A stretch of 64,000 nt of DNA from assembly GCA_034780895.1 (NCBI GenBank), contig JAUZTB010000107.1, positions 40,584,671 through 40,648,670 on the forward strand, in the 5' to 3' direction. Position 1 is the stretch's first letter. Each line of letters starts with the position of its first letter. This document shows, one piece after another, positions 48,296 through 62,289 of this stretch. The notes under the pieces are model-generated. The model worked only from the letters and a program-made list of their open reading frames with translations. It was not told the origin of the DNA and did not search any database. The DNA is from Rhynchobatus australiae. Taxonomy: Eukaryota. The position numbers were made by a program, and so were the translations under genes.

Positions 48296-49224
48296 TGATA
48301 ATCACAATGAGGATGGTAATATTCATCTCATGGAGTCAGGGAGCAAGGGCAGAAGTAATGGGTGAATAGGGCTTTCTCAGAGATAACTTAAGCTATTTGC
48401 CTTTACATCATATGAGGAGAAAGTATTTCATTCATGGCTACAGCTGTGATATGAGCTGCAAAACATGATGCCACCTCCTTCTACCTGAAAGAAACTGGGT
48501 AATTAGTTATGGTTAGCAAAATATCGAAATAATTATGCTGGTCATCACAATCAATTCCCATTTGTTTAAAGATGTTTATGCCTTGCCTTATATTTGAAAT
48601 CACTTTGAGAGATCCAGTCAATGTGCACTCGGCAAAGTATAATTTATGAAGGACTCAGGAAGTAAAACATGTTTAACCAGCCCACTGGAGGTTTGTATAT
48701 ACACAACTGTTACGATCTATGGGTGAATTATAGCTTTTTCATGGTTAGATATTTAAAAATCTCTTGAAACAGTATGCAGCTGTTACAAAATTATAGAATA
48801 GGAGGTAAACTGTGAGAACAACCACAAAAAAATAAGTTTATAAACAAAATGTGCAGAAGGCATAGACAGAAATATTTCGTATGGAAAAAAGCTGGAAGTA
48901 ATGTACCTCAGCACAAAACTAAAATTGTTAAAATCAGCCTTCATACAGCCGTTGACTTTGCTGCTTCACTCTGGTGTTTTCTCTCCATTGTAAGAATCCA
49001 GATTCCTCCAATATTTACTTTGGTGAAGCCCTCACAGGGCAAAATTCTAAATCTAACAAGAGGATCAGCAATTAATGAGTGAGAATCTGACTAGAGTCAG
49101 AAATTTTTTTTAAACAAGCTAGCCAATGGATTATTGGTCGAGTGTTATTGACCTTGAGAATATACCCAAGTATATAAATAACAATTCATTTGTTTCTATT
49201 TTCCTTTATTTTTTCAATCTTTCA

Positions 49225-49455
49225 GCTGACACTCTTCCATCACTCAATCTTTCCTGGTCTCCACCTTCCCTTTTGTTCTCTCCACCCCTTCTGTCTTCCT
49301 CTATAACTGAAAACATTTCATTTCTGGCTTTTCCCAGTCCTGATAAAAGGTCATTGAGCTGAAATATAGTTCTGCTTCTCTCGCTCTGGATGCTACCTGT
49401 CCCATTGAGTATTTCCAGCTTTTGTTTCACATTTCCATCTTTTGCAGTATTCTAC
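49225..49455 (+). mobile_element. Penelope-like pLTR
   Basis: Pyrimidine-rich body, CCAGTCCTGATAAAAGGTCATTGAGCTGAAAT, then GATGCTACCTGTCCCATTGAGTATTTCCAGC. Confidence 0.6.
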
Positions 49456-50063
49456 AATTGTAAAACAACATTTATTGTAGGTGTCAGGAATTGTATTTAT
49501 TTGTTTTAATGCCATAATGATGGTTTAAAAATTACTTAATCAAATCATTATATAGAAATTACAGCTCAGAATCAGACTATGTATCCCACTGATCTATGGC
49601 ATATTTCTGCTCCCCACAAAACTCCTCACATCTAACTTCATCTAACACCATCAGTGTATCCTGTAATTCCTTTCTTTCTCAGATAATAGGTGTACAAAAT
49701 GGTTAAGGGAAAGTGTTCACTTTGCCAAATCACTGAAATATAGGAACCAAATTATGAATCATAACTTTCTTAACCATTCATAAAAGTTGTAGACTAACTT
49801 ATCAGAAACATTGCTGCAGACAATAACAATTGCTCCCTGAGACAGTTAGATACGGTATTATAAAAGCTAATGATTATGTGGTAAGAAAGCATTTAGGTGT
49901 GGCTGCAGTGTTAATGGATGGCATTAATTTGCTACTAAGCCTTTACTTTTTATGTATCATGAAAAATAAAAGGAATACCAAGTGCACATGTTAATATGAC
50001 TTTACCTTTAGAATCCACTCTTATATAGAGAACAGATTTTGTGTCAAAAAGATTTTGGTGAGA

Positions 50064-51441
50064 ACACTGTCCAGTGGCTCTGCCATCCACCATCATAAAG
50101 TGCTTTGAAGGGCTGGTCATGGCATGCATCAACTCCAGCCTCCCAGACAATCTCAACCCACTGTAATTTGCCTACTGCTGAAACAGATCTACGACGGATG
50201 CCCTCTCCCTGGCCGATCACACTTTCCTGGAGCATCTGGGCAGTAAAGACACCTATGTTAGACTNNNNNNNNNNNNNNNNNNNNNNNNNNNNNNNNNNNN
50301 NNNNNNNNNNNNNNNNNNNNNNNNNNNNNNNNNNNNNNNNNNNNNNNNNNNNNNNNNNNNNNNNNNNNNNNNNNNNNNNNNNNNNNNNNNNNNNNNNNNN
50401 NNNNNNGGCAGCAACACCTCCAGCACGATTATTCTCAACACTGGTGCCCCACAAGGCTGCATCCTCAGCCCCCTACTCTACTCTGTATACACTCTCAACT
50501 GTGTGACCAGATTCTATTCTAACTATAACTACAAGTTTTCAGATGATATCACTGTAGTGGGCTGTAACTCAAATAAGATGAGTTGGAGTACAGGAAGGAG
50601 ATAGAGAGCCTTGTGATAATAGAGTCATGACAACAATCTTTCCCTCAATGTCAGCAAAACAAAGGAGCTGGTCATTGACTTTAGGAAAGGGGGCAGTGCA
50701 CATGTTCCTGTTTACATCAACAGTGCTGAAGTTGAGAGGGTTAAGAGATTCAAGTTCCTAGGAGTGAACATCACCAATAGTCTGTCCTGGTCCAATCTTG
50801 TAGATGCCACGGCCAAGAAAGCTCACCATCCCTCTACTTGCTCAGGAGACTAAAGAAATTTGGCATGTCCCCGTCGACCCTCATCAATTTTTAATTGATG
50901 CAGCATAAAAAGCATCCTATCTGGATGCATCACAGCTTGGTGTGGCAACTGCTCTGCCTGTGACCTCAGAAAACTGCAGAGAGTTGTGGACACAGTTCAG
51001 CACATCACGGAAACAGGCTTCCCCACCATGAACTCTGTCTATACTTCTTGCTGCCTTGGTAAAGCAGCCAACATAATCAAAGACCCCACCCACCCTGGTT
51101 CTCTCTTCTCCACCCTCCCATCAGGCAGAAGATACAAAAGCCTGAAGGCACGTACCACCAGGCTCAAGGACAGCTTCTGTCCCACTGTTGTAAGACTATT
51201 GAATGGTTCCCTAGTACGATGGACTCTTGATCTCACAATCTACCTTGTTATGACCTTGCATCTTATGGTCTACCTGCACTGCACTTTCTCTGCAACTATA
51301 GCACTTTATTCTGCATTCTGTTATGGTTTTACCTTGTACTATGTCAATGAACTGTAGTAATGATTTGATCTGTATGAACAGTGTGCAAGACAAGTTTTTC
51401 ACTGTACCACAGTACATGGGTAAAAGAATTTACCAATTTAC
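50064..51441 (+). mobile_element. 5'-truncated Rex1/Babar LINE (RT plus 3'UTR)
   Basis: PVAL..TIIKCFE, LEHLGSKDTYVRL, NTGAPQGCILSPLLY, KFSDDITVVG, NVSKTKELVIDFRK, IIKDPTHPG..LPSGRRYKSLKARTTRLKDSF and tail. Confidence 0.93.
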
Positions 51442-52802
51442 TTCTTTGTCTAATCATCGGCATACATTATGCTCTTTACTATATTTAAGTACCAACTCTA
51501 TGAATGGTTGGGCACCATCTGGTGCAATAGCAGCTGATATCCAATTGAATATTGTAACCTATTATGGAGCTTCATTTCTTTATCTCACAATATCATCTGC
51601 GATCCTGCATTTGTTCATTCTACAGGCTATGTATTCTTGCTGCATCAAGATAAGATTTACATTATACCACGCCATTACCACAATTCAATTGATTCATTTG
51701 ATGCTGGGTTCTTCTCACCAATAACTTCCCCTTCGTCTTTTCATTCTTGTGCTCTATAAGTCTTGGAGTCTCCAAATCCCTTACTTGGTGAAGTACCTTT
51801 CTTTTGCCAAGTTTCAGAGCTTTGAAAATTACATCCAATAAGATCATTTCATTTTGCATGAAATTATGATCTGAGCTACAGTTTATTGGTTTTAGTCAAA
51901 CATTGATAAAGCTTGGCCTGAAAAATTGTGCTCTTAAGTCAGCTATAATTTTCACTTATAGAGCTGTACATCACAAAAGAAGCAACAAAAGGGACAATGC
52001 AGTCGAGAGCATATTAAATTATGTTGGAGCCTGAAAGGATCTATACCTCCATTGAATCTCATTCCAAAATATTCTTAGACTTGTGGATAGATATCCTCAA
52101 GGAGAATGGAACATGAGGTTGGGTGGATGGTTAGGGGAGGTGTGAGTTTCCCCCTGCAGTTAGCTGTAACAGGCCATAAAATCGCACAGAACTTGGCACA
52201 CTTATTTGCACTAAACATTTGACCCATCATAACTTTGGAACATCTAAGAAATATATGAGACATACATGATAACGGCAGATTACTGTAAAATAAAAATAAT
52301 TTTTTAAAAGGCAGACTATATTTTTGAATGCTTTTATTGCCAGGGTTTCAGCACAAGCTAGATGAAATTTTCAGTCAATAATTTACAGACTGGGAAATTA
52401 CTGGCATTTTGCGGCTGCTCGTTCCACCTCATAGAAAAACTCTTCTACTCTTGTGGGCTAACTCAGTGGAAAAAAATTACATTCTTCAGACCAACCTGTC
52501 GCAGTTTCAAAGGCTGAAAATCTGAATCAATGTGAACCGTTCTTTAAGGAGGCAGTGTCTGCATAAAGTCAACAATGGCATCACCTAGTGGTTGTAACCA
52601 GAACAGTGGTTTGTATGGAAACTTTCACCCCTTGTGAAGTGTGGAAATCTTATCCATATTGTAGTAATTGTTTTAAAGAAAGGTGACATCGTGACGGTAG
52701 TGTTTCAAACTAATAGATGAATATCTCGTTTGGGAGGGGGATTGAAAACTCCTTTAATGGTTTTAGTGTTGTGTTGGAAGAGTTCCTATGCATGGCAATT
52801 CT

Positions 52803-53030
52803 TGACTCTTGACCTCACAATCTACTCCATTATGACCGTGCATCTTATTGACTACCTGCACAGCACTTTCTCTGTAACTGTAACACTTTATTCTGTATTC
52901 TGTTATTGTTTTAACTTGTACTACCTCAATGCACTGTTGTAATACTTTGATCTGCATGAACAGTATGCAAGACAAGTTTTTCACTGTACTTCAGTACACG
53001 TGACAAGAATAAAACAATTTACCAATTTAC
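52803..53030 (+). mobile_element. Rex1/Babar 3'UTR copy
   Basis: Near-direct repeat of 51222-51441. Confidence 0.88.
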
Positions 53031-54466
53031 ATCTTTGTCCAATCACCTTCTCTGGAGGTAAACATAAGTGGATATAAGAATAGATAGAAATTTTAGTTTG
53101 ATTGCAAGTAGGGAGCAAGAGCTAATGATTCAGGATCCTATCTCAGGAGCTTAGAGGGTGTGAAAGGCTGTGGAGGAGTATATTAGACACAGTTTGATGA
53201 AGAAGCAAGTTAAAAGACCAAACAGGTGTTATTTTCTATGTGCTTTCTTAAGTTGGCTCTCTAGGCAGTTATGTTCAGAAAAAAAAACTATGAGCCATGA
53301 CTGACCTGACCTAGGACCAAAACTCACTGTACTAAGAAATTCCCAATTAGTCACACATGATGCAATTGCAGATCTATTTTTAAAGAATGGATCAATGCTT
53401 TGCCGCACATGGCATGTAGAGAAAATCTCTCCCTTCTGATTGTGTCATATCACCAGAGGAAGATCATTTTTGGGAAAGGTTATAATAAAACTTACTAGTG
53501 TCTGGAAAAAGCTGAAATTGCCCCTCAAGTTACAAAGATGCAAGTGCCCATTTCTTTCACAATGCTATCGCGGCCTGCAGTATGGAAATGTGGGATTAAC
53601 CCTGTAAGAATTCAGTAGTTTAATATTCAAGAGGACAATGTCCCTCTTAAATGTTGTATATCTCAAGTCTATTTCTCCTTTTAGTGAGCTTTTTCTCTCA
53701 AAAAGAGAAAATCCTAAAGCATTTGAGTAGCATGATTAAATGAAAGACCTGTTATCTATGCATCATATACACAGTACTTGACAATTCTTGGGATTAGGAT
53801 CCCTGCAGAGACAATATTTTTAAAAGCTGCAATGCACATTGATGCTGCTGCAAGTGTTCTCATTATAAATACACAAGAAGATCTATGACCAAAATTAGTC
53901 ATATGCAGGAAGTGACAAATGTGCATGAGGCAATCTATTCCATGTTCCCTCTTTTGACCCCTGGGAACCAATCCATGTTTCTCAAGATCATAAATTCACA
54001 GGAACTGGAGAAGTGACTGAGTTCACGTGCAGGTGTTCCAACATTTAGCATTAAGATTCTGCCTTCTAAATAATTTATCTTTGAATCACATTGTGCAATA
54101 TACCGTATATGTGGATCCTCAGTTTATTATGCTCAGGGCTTGCACAGAATGAAGATCATAGAAATGACTATGATACAGATGTCCTAATTATTCAATATCT
54201 TGTTCATTGCCTAGGCCTTGAATTAGCAGAAAAATTGCACAGTGACCTTACAAATTAACCGACATAAGAATACTATATATATGAACTTACTGAGTAAGTA
54301 CAAGGGTGATGCTGGCATTACTTCAGGGAAGAACTCCCTCCGCCATTCTTCTTTGATAAGGGTCCCACAGCAACCTATGAGGTCAGAGAGTGCTCCCAGT
54401 TAGCAAGTAACATCTGGTAGTGCAGCATGCCCTCAAGTCGTACTGCAGCATTCACGTAGATTTTGG

Positions 54467-54775
54467 GAGAGTCATGAACAATGGGACATGGTTACAAGAT
54501 AAGGGGCCATTTAAAACAGAGGTGTTCATTAATTTCTTCTCTCAGAGGTGGTGAACCTCTGGAATTCTGTGCCCCAGAGGGTGGTGGTGGCTAGATTATT
54601 AGAAATAATTAAGGTAGAGATAGACAAGTATTTGAAAAATTGTGAAATTAAGACCTATGGAGGACTGGCACAGAAGAGGAGTTGTGGCCAGTAAGGATCA
54701 GCCATGATCATGTCAATTGGCAGGGCAGATTTCAAGGGCCTGCTGGGCCACTCCTGCTCCTTTTTTCTTGCGTTC
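54467..54775 (+). mobile_element. CR1 LINE 3' fragment inserted into an older Deu-SINE (flanks about 54310-54466 and 54776-54845, minus strand)
   Basis: GGGGCCATTTAAAACAGAGGTG..TTTCTTCTCTCAGAGGTGGTGAACCTCTGGAATTC..GATCAGCCATGATC. The flanks continue a Deu-like sequence (AGTGCAGCATGCCCTC..GTAGATTTTG | CTAAGTCACTGGATTGGGAC). Confidence 0.75.
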
Positions 54776-55934
54776 TTGTGCACCTAAGTCACTGGATTGG
54801 GACACGGCTCCATGATTCAAAGGTAATAATGCCACCACTGAACCACAGTTGAGATGTCAAAGGTGATCATGAAACGGATTATCAACATATGTGTCGGCAG
54901 ACAGGAATGTAGAACATTTCCAGACAATGAAGCAGGAAATGGAAGATAATACCACAACGACAGGCAAATAAGGAATGAATATTTTGAAGGAAGGTGGATT
55001 GATTGACTGGCTGCCAACTTACAATGAGATAACATACAATAATGTACAGCACAAATACTGGCCATTCAGCCTTATGGGCTGCCACGGGACTTCTCATGCT
55101 TTAGGTCATCTAATTCCATCAATGCACCTTTTTATTTTGGTCTATAGTGGCCTTACCAGTATCTTGTACAATTCAGAAAGATTACTTTTATACTCCTAAC
55201 CCCTTGAAATAAAACCCTCGAAAAAAATTAAAGGGAATTTGAGATTCATCCTGTGGTGTTCCTTGCTTGAAGGGTTCAGTGCCCCGTCACACTGGAACAA
55301 GAGCCAAATCTGCTACAGCACTTAGCAATGTCTTGTCTGTGCCCATCTGAAGCGAGGTTAATTGAAGATTCTAGCAGTTATTTTAGACACAGTTTAGTTA
55401 AAAAGAAATCAGGTTACTTATGGGAGCTGGTTCTTAAGGATGTCACTTAATGACAGGTCAAAACACTTGGCCTTTGTGTAAATGAAACTATGAGGGAAAA
55501 TAATCTGTTCCAGATTGTTCTCTTTTGGAAAGAAAGTACAAGGAAAGGGTTAAATTAATAAAGTAAGGGAATTCCTATAAACCCCAAAGCAAATTGCTCG
55601 CTAACCAAGAATTCATTCTTCCAACTTTTATTGCTCCTATATTGTATCACGCAGGTAATAAGATCTGAGATGGTTTGCAATTTTTTTAATGTAAGACTAG
55701 ATATTTATTAGTAATTTATGAACCACAGTCCAAGTTAAGACCGCATTCTACTTATTTTTAAGTAGTTTTCAAGTTACACAGTTAATGAGGCTATTAATAG
55801 TTTTTTTTTCTGGGGTTGAGAAGGAAACCCTCAGCATGAAGTTGGCACAGGTACAATCACTCCATTCAGTAACCTGAGTCTGTCTTGTTGCCAATGGTGG
55901 CTTTTTACCAAGCTTTGGCATTGAATGTGTGCGG

Positions 55935-55937
<3 letters not shown>

Positions 55938-55966
<29 letters not shown>
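55938..55966. repeat. (GT)n microsatellite running into a gap
   Basis: Direct observation. Confidence 0.95.
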
Positions 55967-56066
55967 NNNNNNNNNNNNNNNNNNNNNNNNNNNNNNNNNN
56001 NNNNNNNNNNNNNNNNNNNNNNNNNNNNNNNNNNNNNNNNNNNNNNNNNNNNNNNNNNNNNNNNNN

Positions 56067-56255
56067 CATATCCCTCTAAACTTTTCCCATCCGTGCACCT
56101 GTCCAAATGCAGGGACTTAGAATGTGGGAGGAAACCAGGGCACCCAGAAGAAACCCACATGGTCACAGGAAGAACATGCAAGTTCCACAGAAACAGCTCC
56201 CGAGGTCAGGTTCAAACCAGAGTCTCCAGAGCTATGAACCAGGGGCTCTACCACT
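56067..56255 (-). mobile_element. Older V-SINE plus CR1-like tail fragment
   Basis: GAATGTGGGAGGAAACCAGGGCACCCAGAAGAAACCCACATGGTCACAGGAAGAACATGCAAG is a reverse V-domain. Confidence 0.75.
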
Positions 56256-58416
56256 CTTGCATTTAGACAAATGCATGAGATTTATAGAAGCAGAGAAATT
56301 TACATACATCTAGGCTTTAATACTATATACAAAAACAAAAATCACTCCCAACGTTAGCAATTAAAGCAGAAACATTTGAAATCTGATTGGATGGATATGT
56401 TAAAGAGAAAGAAATGGTGAGGTAACTATTCATAGAGGACAGAAACCATCGTGAACTGATAGTACTAAATGTTTCTATACTAACATATCTACATACTTAA
56501 AAGGTTGTTTAAGAATCCCGTTTTATATTAGGCTGGCAAAATCCATTCAATTGAAATTCTGTCCCATTACCATTCACTTCTAGCCTGCGAGCTCAAGTTT
56601 ATTTAATCCAGAAACCATCGACCACATCTGGAATTCACAAGTTACTATTCTGGTTGACAATTATGATTTCAATCTTGCAGCCTGAACATTCATTTCCAAA
56701 GATATGCACAGAGCCAGGAGGTGTGACACCCAAATATTTAAAAGGCTGCAGGACACGTTAAGAAAGTCCTTTTTTAAAAAAAGTTAAGCTAAACAAACAA
56801 TTTTAGTCTTTTTGAAATGTTACTTTCCTCAGTTTGGGGTGCTGCACTTAAAAAGAAAGGGGGATATAAAAGAAGATTTACTACAGTCGAGGAGCTTTTG
56901 GTTGTACGAGACTGAAGCAGCTCCAAATGCTTTGCTTCAAGCTGCAAGAGTTTAAAGCAGAAGTTTGCTAGGGTTGTTTGAGATCATGAATGGTTTCCTG
57001 TGGCAGCAGGGTCAGTCATCAGAGACCATAAGGCATTTGATAACATTGCCTACAATAGCAAACATATCGGGATGTGAAATGCCCTGAAAGTGTGGTGAAA
57101 GCAGGTTGAACAATAACACTCAAGAGAACTGGAGAACTACTTGAAAAGAGCAAGAGACTCGTCAATGTTCCTATCCAAGTTCCAATAATGCACAATAGGC
57201 AAAATGCCCCCCTTCCATGCTTTGTTATACTAGGAGTTTGTGAAATTTAAGCAATCTGTTGGTTAGATTTAAAATGTTTGTTGATCATTGATAGCTTTGC
57301 CTACTTGGCACCTGAATGGCACCTTATGCTTGTCAGGCAAATACACATGTAAATGGGACATTGTGTCACATTGTTAGTGCACGCAAGGCAATTTCAACCA
57401 GAATCAATGCACCTAATGATCTGCAGGTGCCATACTTGTTAATTAATTACAAGTTCTAATTTCAATTAGACAGCACTGCCCACTCAAAATGAACTGTATC
57501 TAACAATAGTGTTCATAGGAATTTTAAATATCAGACTACTGTAAATACACTGCACAACAGGAATAATGATGGATTGCTGATACAAAGCAGTTAGTACCAG
57601 ATCAAAACTTGCACACTGGATGATTGTTACAGATAAAAAGGAGAACATTCCTTTTTCACCCGCACAAAAAAAAAATCAGGTTAAGCAACATTCAAGTGGT
57701 GCAAAATACCAGAGATGCTCACTTATCCCACAGTTGCCCAACCCTGATAAAATATGCAGAGTTGTCATCGTTTCATAAATTAAGTCTACTTGGATGCTCC
57801 AAATTAATGAGCAAGATTGCAAATACAATTTAATGTTAAATGAACAAGTCTAGCTCCTATATATTTTGTACAAGGCAAGAGGGGATGGGTGGTTAAGCTG
57901 AAGTTTGCTTCAGGCGGGAGAGTAATCGAATACCGGGGCCTTCCTTCCTTCATTGTGTCGTCTGACTGAAGATTGAGATTTTGGAGCCCAGCCTTTCAAA
58001 AGAAAAAAAAACTTTAAATGGAGACCAGGTCAAATTAATCCTCAAGAATGTCAGCTAATCCCAACAAGTTGTTTAAAACAACAGACAACTGCAACACTGA
58101 CCAGGATGTCCTCAGTTAAGAAGCAGACCATCTTTATTAAACAAAATGGATACTCCACAAGGATAAAATAACCCTGCTTGTACATCACGCCAGCAACCAG
58201 GTGGGGTTCAATCTATTTCTTCCTTCAAGACTCGAATCATTCACAAAAAAAAACTGCCAGAGAATGGATATGCAAGGACAAATTCTGTTGCCTGTGAAAT
58301 TGTGAAGATAAAACAGCGGATTCTGCAAAGCGCAGAGACAGTTAAGGACGAGTTAAAGGATGCAGGGCATCAGCGGAGATCAGTCAGAAATTTGTCAACC
58401 TCTGGCACCATTAATA

Positions 58417-58696
58417 GGGCAGGCACAGTAGTGTAGCGGTTGGCGTAACGCTATTACAGCACCAGCAACCCAGGGTTCAATACCAGCCACTGTCTGTAGG
58501 GAATTTGTACGTTCTCCCAGCATTTGCTTAGGTTTCCTTTGGGTGCTCCAGTTTCCTCCCACATTCCAAAAAGACACAAGAGTTAGGAAATTGTGCACAC
58601 GCTATGTTGGTGGCACTTGCGGGCTGCCCCCAGAACACTCTACATAAGGTACATTTCACTGCGTGTTTCGATATACATGTGACTAATAAAGATCTC
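58417..58696 (+). mobile_element. Full-length V-SINE with Rex-type tail
   Basis: TAGTGTAGCGG A box, GGTTCAATACC B box, V-domain, and ATTTCACTGCGTGTTTCGATATACATGTGACTAATAAAGAT tail. Confidence 0.88.
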
Positions 58697-58834
58697 ATGA
58701 GAGAAATGGTCTTCATTTTGTATCACCAAAGCTATACTCACAATCATGTGCTTTTATGCACCTTCATTGCATGAAGCAAACCAGTTTATCAACCAATTTA
58801 GGAATTACAAAAAGGCAACATGAGAGGCAAGTGT

Positions 58835-59020
58835 TTGGGAAAGGGTTACCAGGGGTAGCAGTGGGAGCAGGCAGTTTGGTAGAGTTTAAGAGGCTTTTAG
58901 ACAGACACATGGATATGAAGGGAATGGAAGGATATGGATGATACACAGGAGGACATTTAGTATAAACTAGCATCAAGATTGGCACAACACAATGTTCAAA
59001 TGGCCTGTCTGATGTTCTAA
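58835..59020 (+). mobile_element. CR1 LINE 3' end
   Basis: LPGVAVGAGSLVEFKRLLDRHMDMKGMEGYG followed by the CR1 3'UTR. Confidence 0.85.
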
Positions 59021-59078
59021 ATTAATATGTCCTGCCTATACATTTCTCACTGCTTCAATATGACTGATTGCCAAAATA

Positions 59079-59109
59079 TGTCAATTGATCCGATGTCAAT
59101 TGATCCGAT
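59079..59109. repeat. Perfect 15-bp tandem duplication
   Basis: TGTCAATTGATCCGA repeated twice. Confidence 0.9.
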
Positions 59110-59134
59110 CAAATCAAGTCCACGGATGAGACTG

Positions 59135-59137
<3 letters not shown>

Positions 59138-59212
<75 letters not shown>
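59138..59212. repeat. (GT)n microsatellite followed by short (GA)n
   Basis: Direct observation. Confidence 0.97.
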
Positions 59213-60884
59213 TCTGTGTGCTTGTATGTGTAAGTGTGGGGGGTGGTTGGGGGAGAGGAGAAGTGACTGGGGTGGGAAGATTTTGGCAGTTCCCACCTTC
59301 TCAGTCTTACCACACATAGGTCTTGAGTTTCCTGAAACTATTCCAGCACCCCCATCTCCAACAACCATGCACCACCCACTCCCTTGAAAAAAGTAACAAG
59401 CAGCTGCTTCAACAAAAATGGTCTTTCATTCTTTACTAGCTGCTATATATTTCTGTTAAGGAGGATAAATAAACCTGCATACCCTCACAAGAAGCAGCGA
59501 TTGTCTGTCTGCAGACTGCAAGTATTTTCTCCACAAGTCAATATTTTTATTTGGTTGTTATACAGGGAAATCCTGGTCAATTTATTCCTGGTCATTGGTT
59601 CTTCAATCCTGCATTGAGGTGACAAACAAACATCTGTAGCAGCCTGTTTCAAAGCTTTGAAGAATATATTGGCACAGTCTTTCAGTAACCCAGGGTTTAA
59701 AAAGAAAACATGGATGTCTTTAAAATAAAAGTACTACTCAGAAGTTTTTTTTTAACAAAAACTATAAGAATATCCTGATACAGCTGATGGATATGTGGCT
59801 TTCACTGTTGTGCTGATCAAAACTCTTAGAGGTCAGGTTAAACTGCAAACAGAAGTTATGTAATGTTTCTTAATAAAGCAGCAGGATTTTCTTTAAAAAA
59901 ATCTCCATAATTATAAATATTTTGAGTATCTGATTTTATGGAATCTATGCTTTCCATAAAAGTGCAAATACTATTTCTGATATAATATCTCCCTTGCAAA
60001 GAGTGGCTTGTTTTTGTGACGTATGAGTTTGCTGAATCCATTTTAGCTATATTATGCAAGAATGCTTAAGAAGGTTCTTCAGTCAAGAATGAAAAATAAG
60101 CAATATTAACCATACAACTTTGCTCAGTGAACTAGGTATGATACTTTTGAAATTGCGATTGGCGGTGAGGTGGACAATAATGATCTAGGTAAAGTGTGAG
60201 GATAGCCAGCCAGATGAATCTTACGTTCAGACTTGAACATGCTATTTTTGAATTTTTATGTCATTCCACTATGAATTATATAATCCCCTTTGAATTTAAG
60301 AAACTGCAATTTGCCCCGTGCTTGGCCCTCTCCATTATTTCAACAACACTCCATAATAAACAAGCAATAAATTCTGAATGAAATCATGACAACATCAGGG
60401 CATTCAATCAAAGACAACCCAAACCATGTTCTCATTATATTATTGGCCAGCCTCTTGTTGCAGAATCTCTGGCTAATACCTTGTATCTCAGTGGCATAAG
60501 GTCCATTGAACATATTTTTATTGTCTTCTTGACAGGTCAGGCAAACTGATGCCTTTGTTTTCCACTCTGTTCAGTTATGTGCTGCTTTTATGAACTAATC
60601 CACAGGGAGAACTGACCTGAATTGTCTTCAGCGGTTATATTTCAAATGATCACTGCCAGTAAAATGTTTTCAAGAGAATATAATTGACCATTGTCCTTGC
60701 TGAGTATGCTGCCTCCTGAGTTATGTGCCTGAAATCCTGTTGGTAATTGTAAGTCATTCCTGTGTTTAAAAACATAATTGTTGCATTCAGCCTGCTGGAG
60801 CCATGCCAAAACACAAATGCAGCTCCTTCACACAACCTAACTCAGCGAGGTTCACCTGTACGGTGCATATTGCATCAGAGATAT

Positions 60885-61125
60885 TGCACCATAAATTCAC
60901 ATTCATACATATGTGAATACCCATACTCGTATGCAAGCAATCAATCACACACACACAATCACATACCTACCTTCAAAATCACAGAAAATCATACACCCAT
61001 GTTCATTCAGTTGTACTGACTCGTATAAATACACACATGTTCACATTCATACATACACTCACAGACTTGCACTTACACACTCATTCATTCACACATTCAT
61101 ATACTTGTATACATATATTCACATA
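60885..61125. repeat. Degenerate CA/CATA-rich low-complexity tract
   Basis: Repeated ACAC, ACAT and TCAT units. Confidence 0.65.
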
Positions 61126-62289
61126 GATCTGATGCATCACTTAAAAGTTTTATCCATACTTAATTGGGATGCTGTTAGTTAGTAAACATCTATACTGCTC
61201 TTACACATCAGAACAGCCCCACATTTGTACGTAATTAGCTACCTGGGGCGCAGCACATTGCCACAGCATCCAGGCATCAGGGAAGGGGATAACATCAGCC
61301 AGATTCCTACCCAGAGTGCAGTACATGGATACTGGGTAGCAAGAGTGTTGGGCTCGATTGTAGTCACTGTCCATTCAAAGAAAAATCATCTGGTAGGTAG
61401 CTAGAACGCATTTGCATTCATAGAATCTTCTAAAGACATGGTGGAGACAAATGTTAAGATAAAAGAAAATAGCTCTTTGCAGCACCAATAATGGACTAAT
61501 TTCAGGTTAACAGCCAAAGGTTGCTGTGGGAGACAATGCATCATTTACACATTCTATGGGCAAGATTTGAAGGGAGGGGTGAAACAAGGACTAAAGTTCC
61601 TTGTTGCACTTTTGTAATTAGGAAGGAACTTTAAATCCTTTTCAGCAAAATGGCATGATTGTACCTCACTAGAAAACCACTCAGAATGAAAAATAAAATG
61701 CATGTTCTATTTTAATTAACCACCAGGAATTCAAGTTGAAAAACTTCTTCTCTGGTTACAAATCAAGTCCAGATGGAACAAAATTCAACACCAACAGGGT
61801 TAATTTTGCAAAGCAATGTCTGGTTTGACTTATTAAGTATTGCACTGCCATTTTCCTGACACAAATATGATGCTTATTTTTAAATATCTCTGCATTTAGG
61901 ACATCCAACAGATTAGACAGCTTTAAATTTCACAGTAAAAGAAATAAAAATTGTAGGACTATAGTGTCGCTTGCCATAGCAAGAAATTGAATGGCTGTTA
62001 GAAGTCCTACAATCAACTGCAATGGCAATGCGTGGCTGGTGTAATCATGTGCGGGTGTGCAATCATGTCTCAATACACTGCTCTCCCAACAAATTGCCCA
62101 CTGTATTGAGATAAACAGGAAAAATAAATCCTTCATTATTATAATTAATAATCAAGCTTTTAACTGAAGGCTAAGTAAATAAATTGACTCCTTAATCATC
62201 TAACTATAACATTTTTAAGTGCATTATATTGCATGGACTCACTTTGTTCATTACTGAACATGTTCATAAGGCATCTTTGCATCTGCCAT

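Noticed and set aside
59027-59387. ORFs with CVCVCV or HTHTHT repeats
   Set aside because: They are translations of a (GT)n microsatellite.
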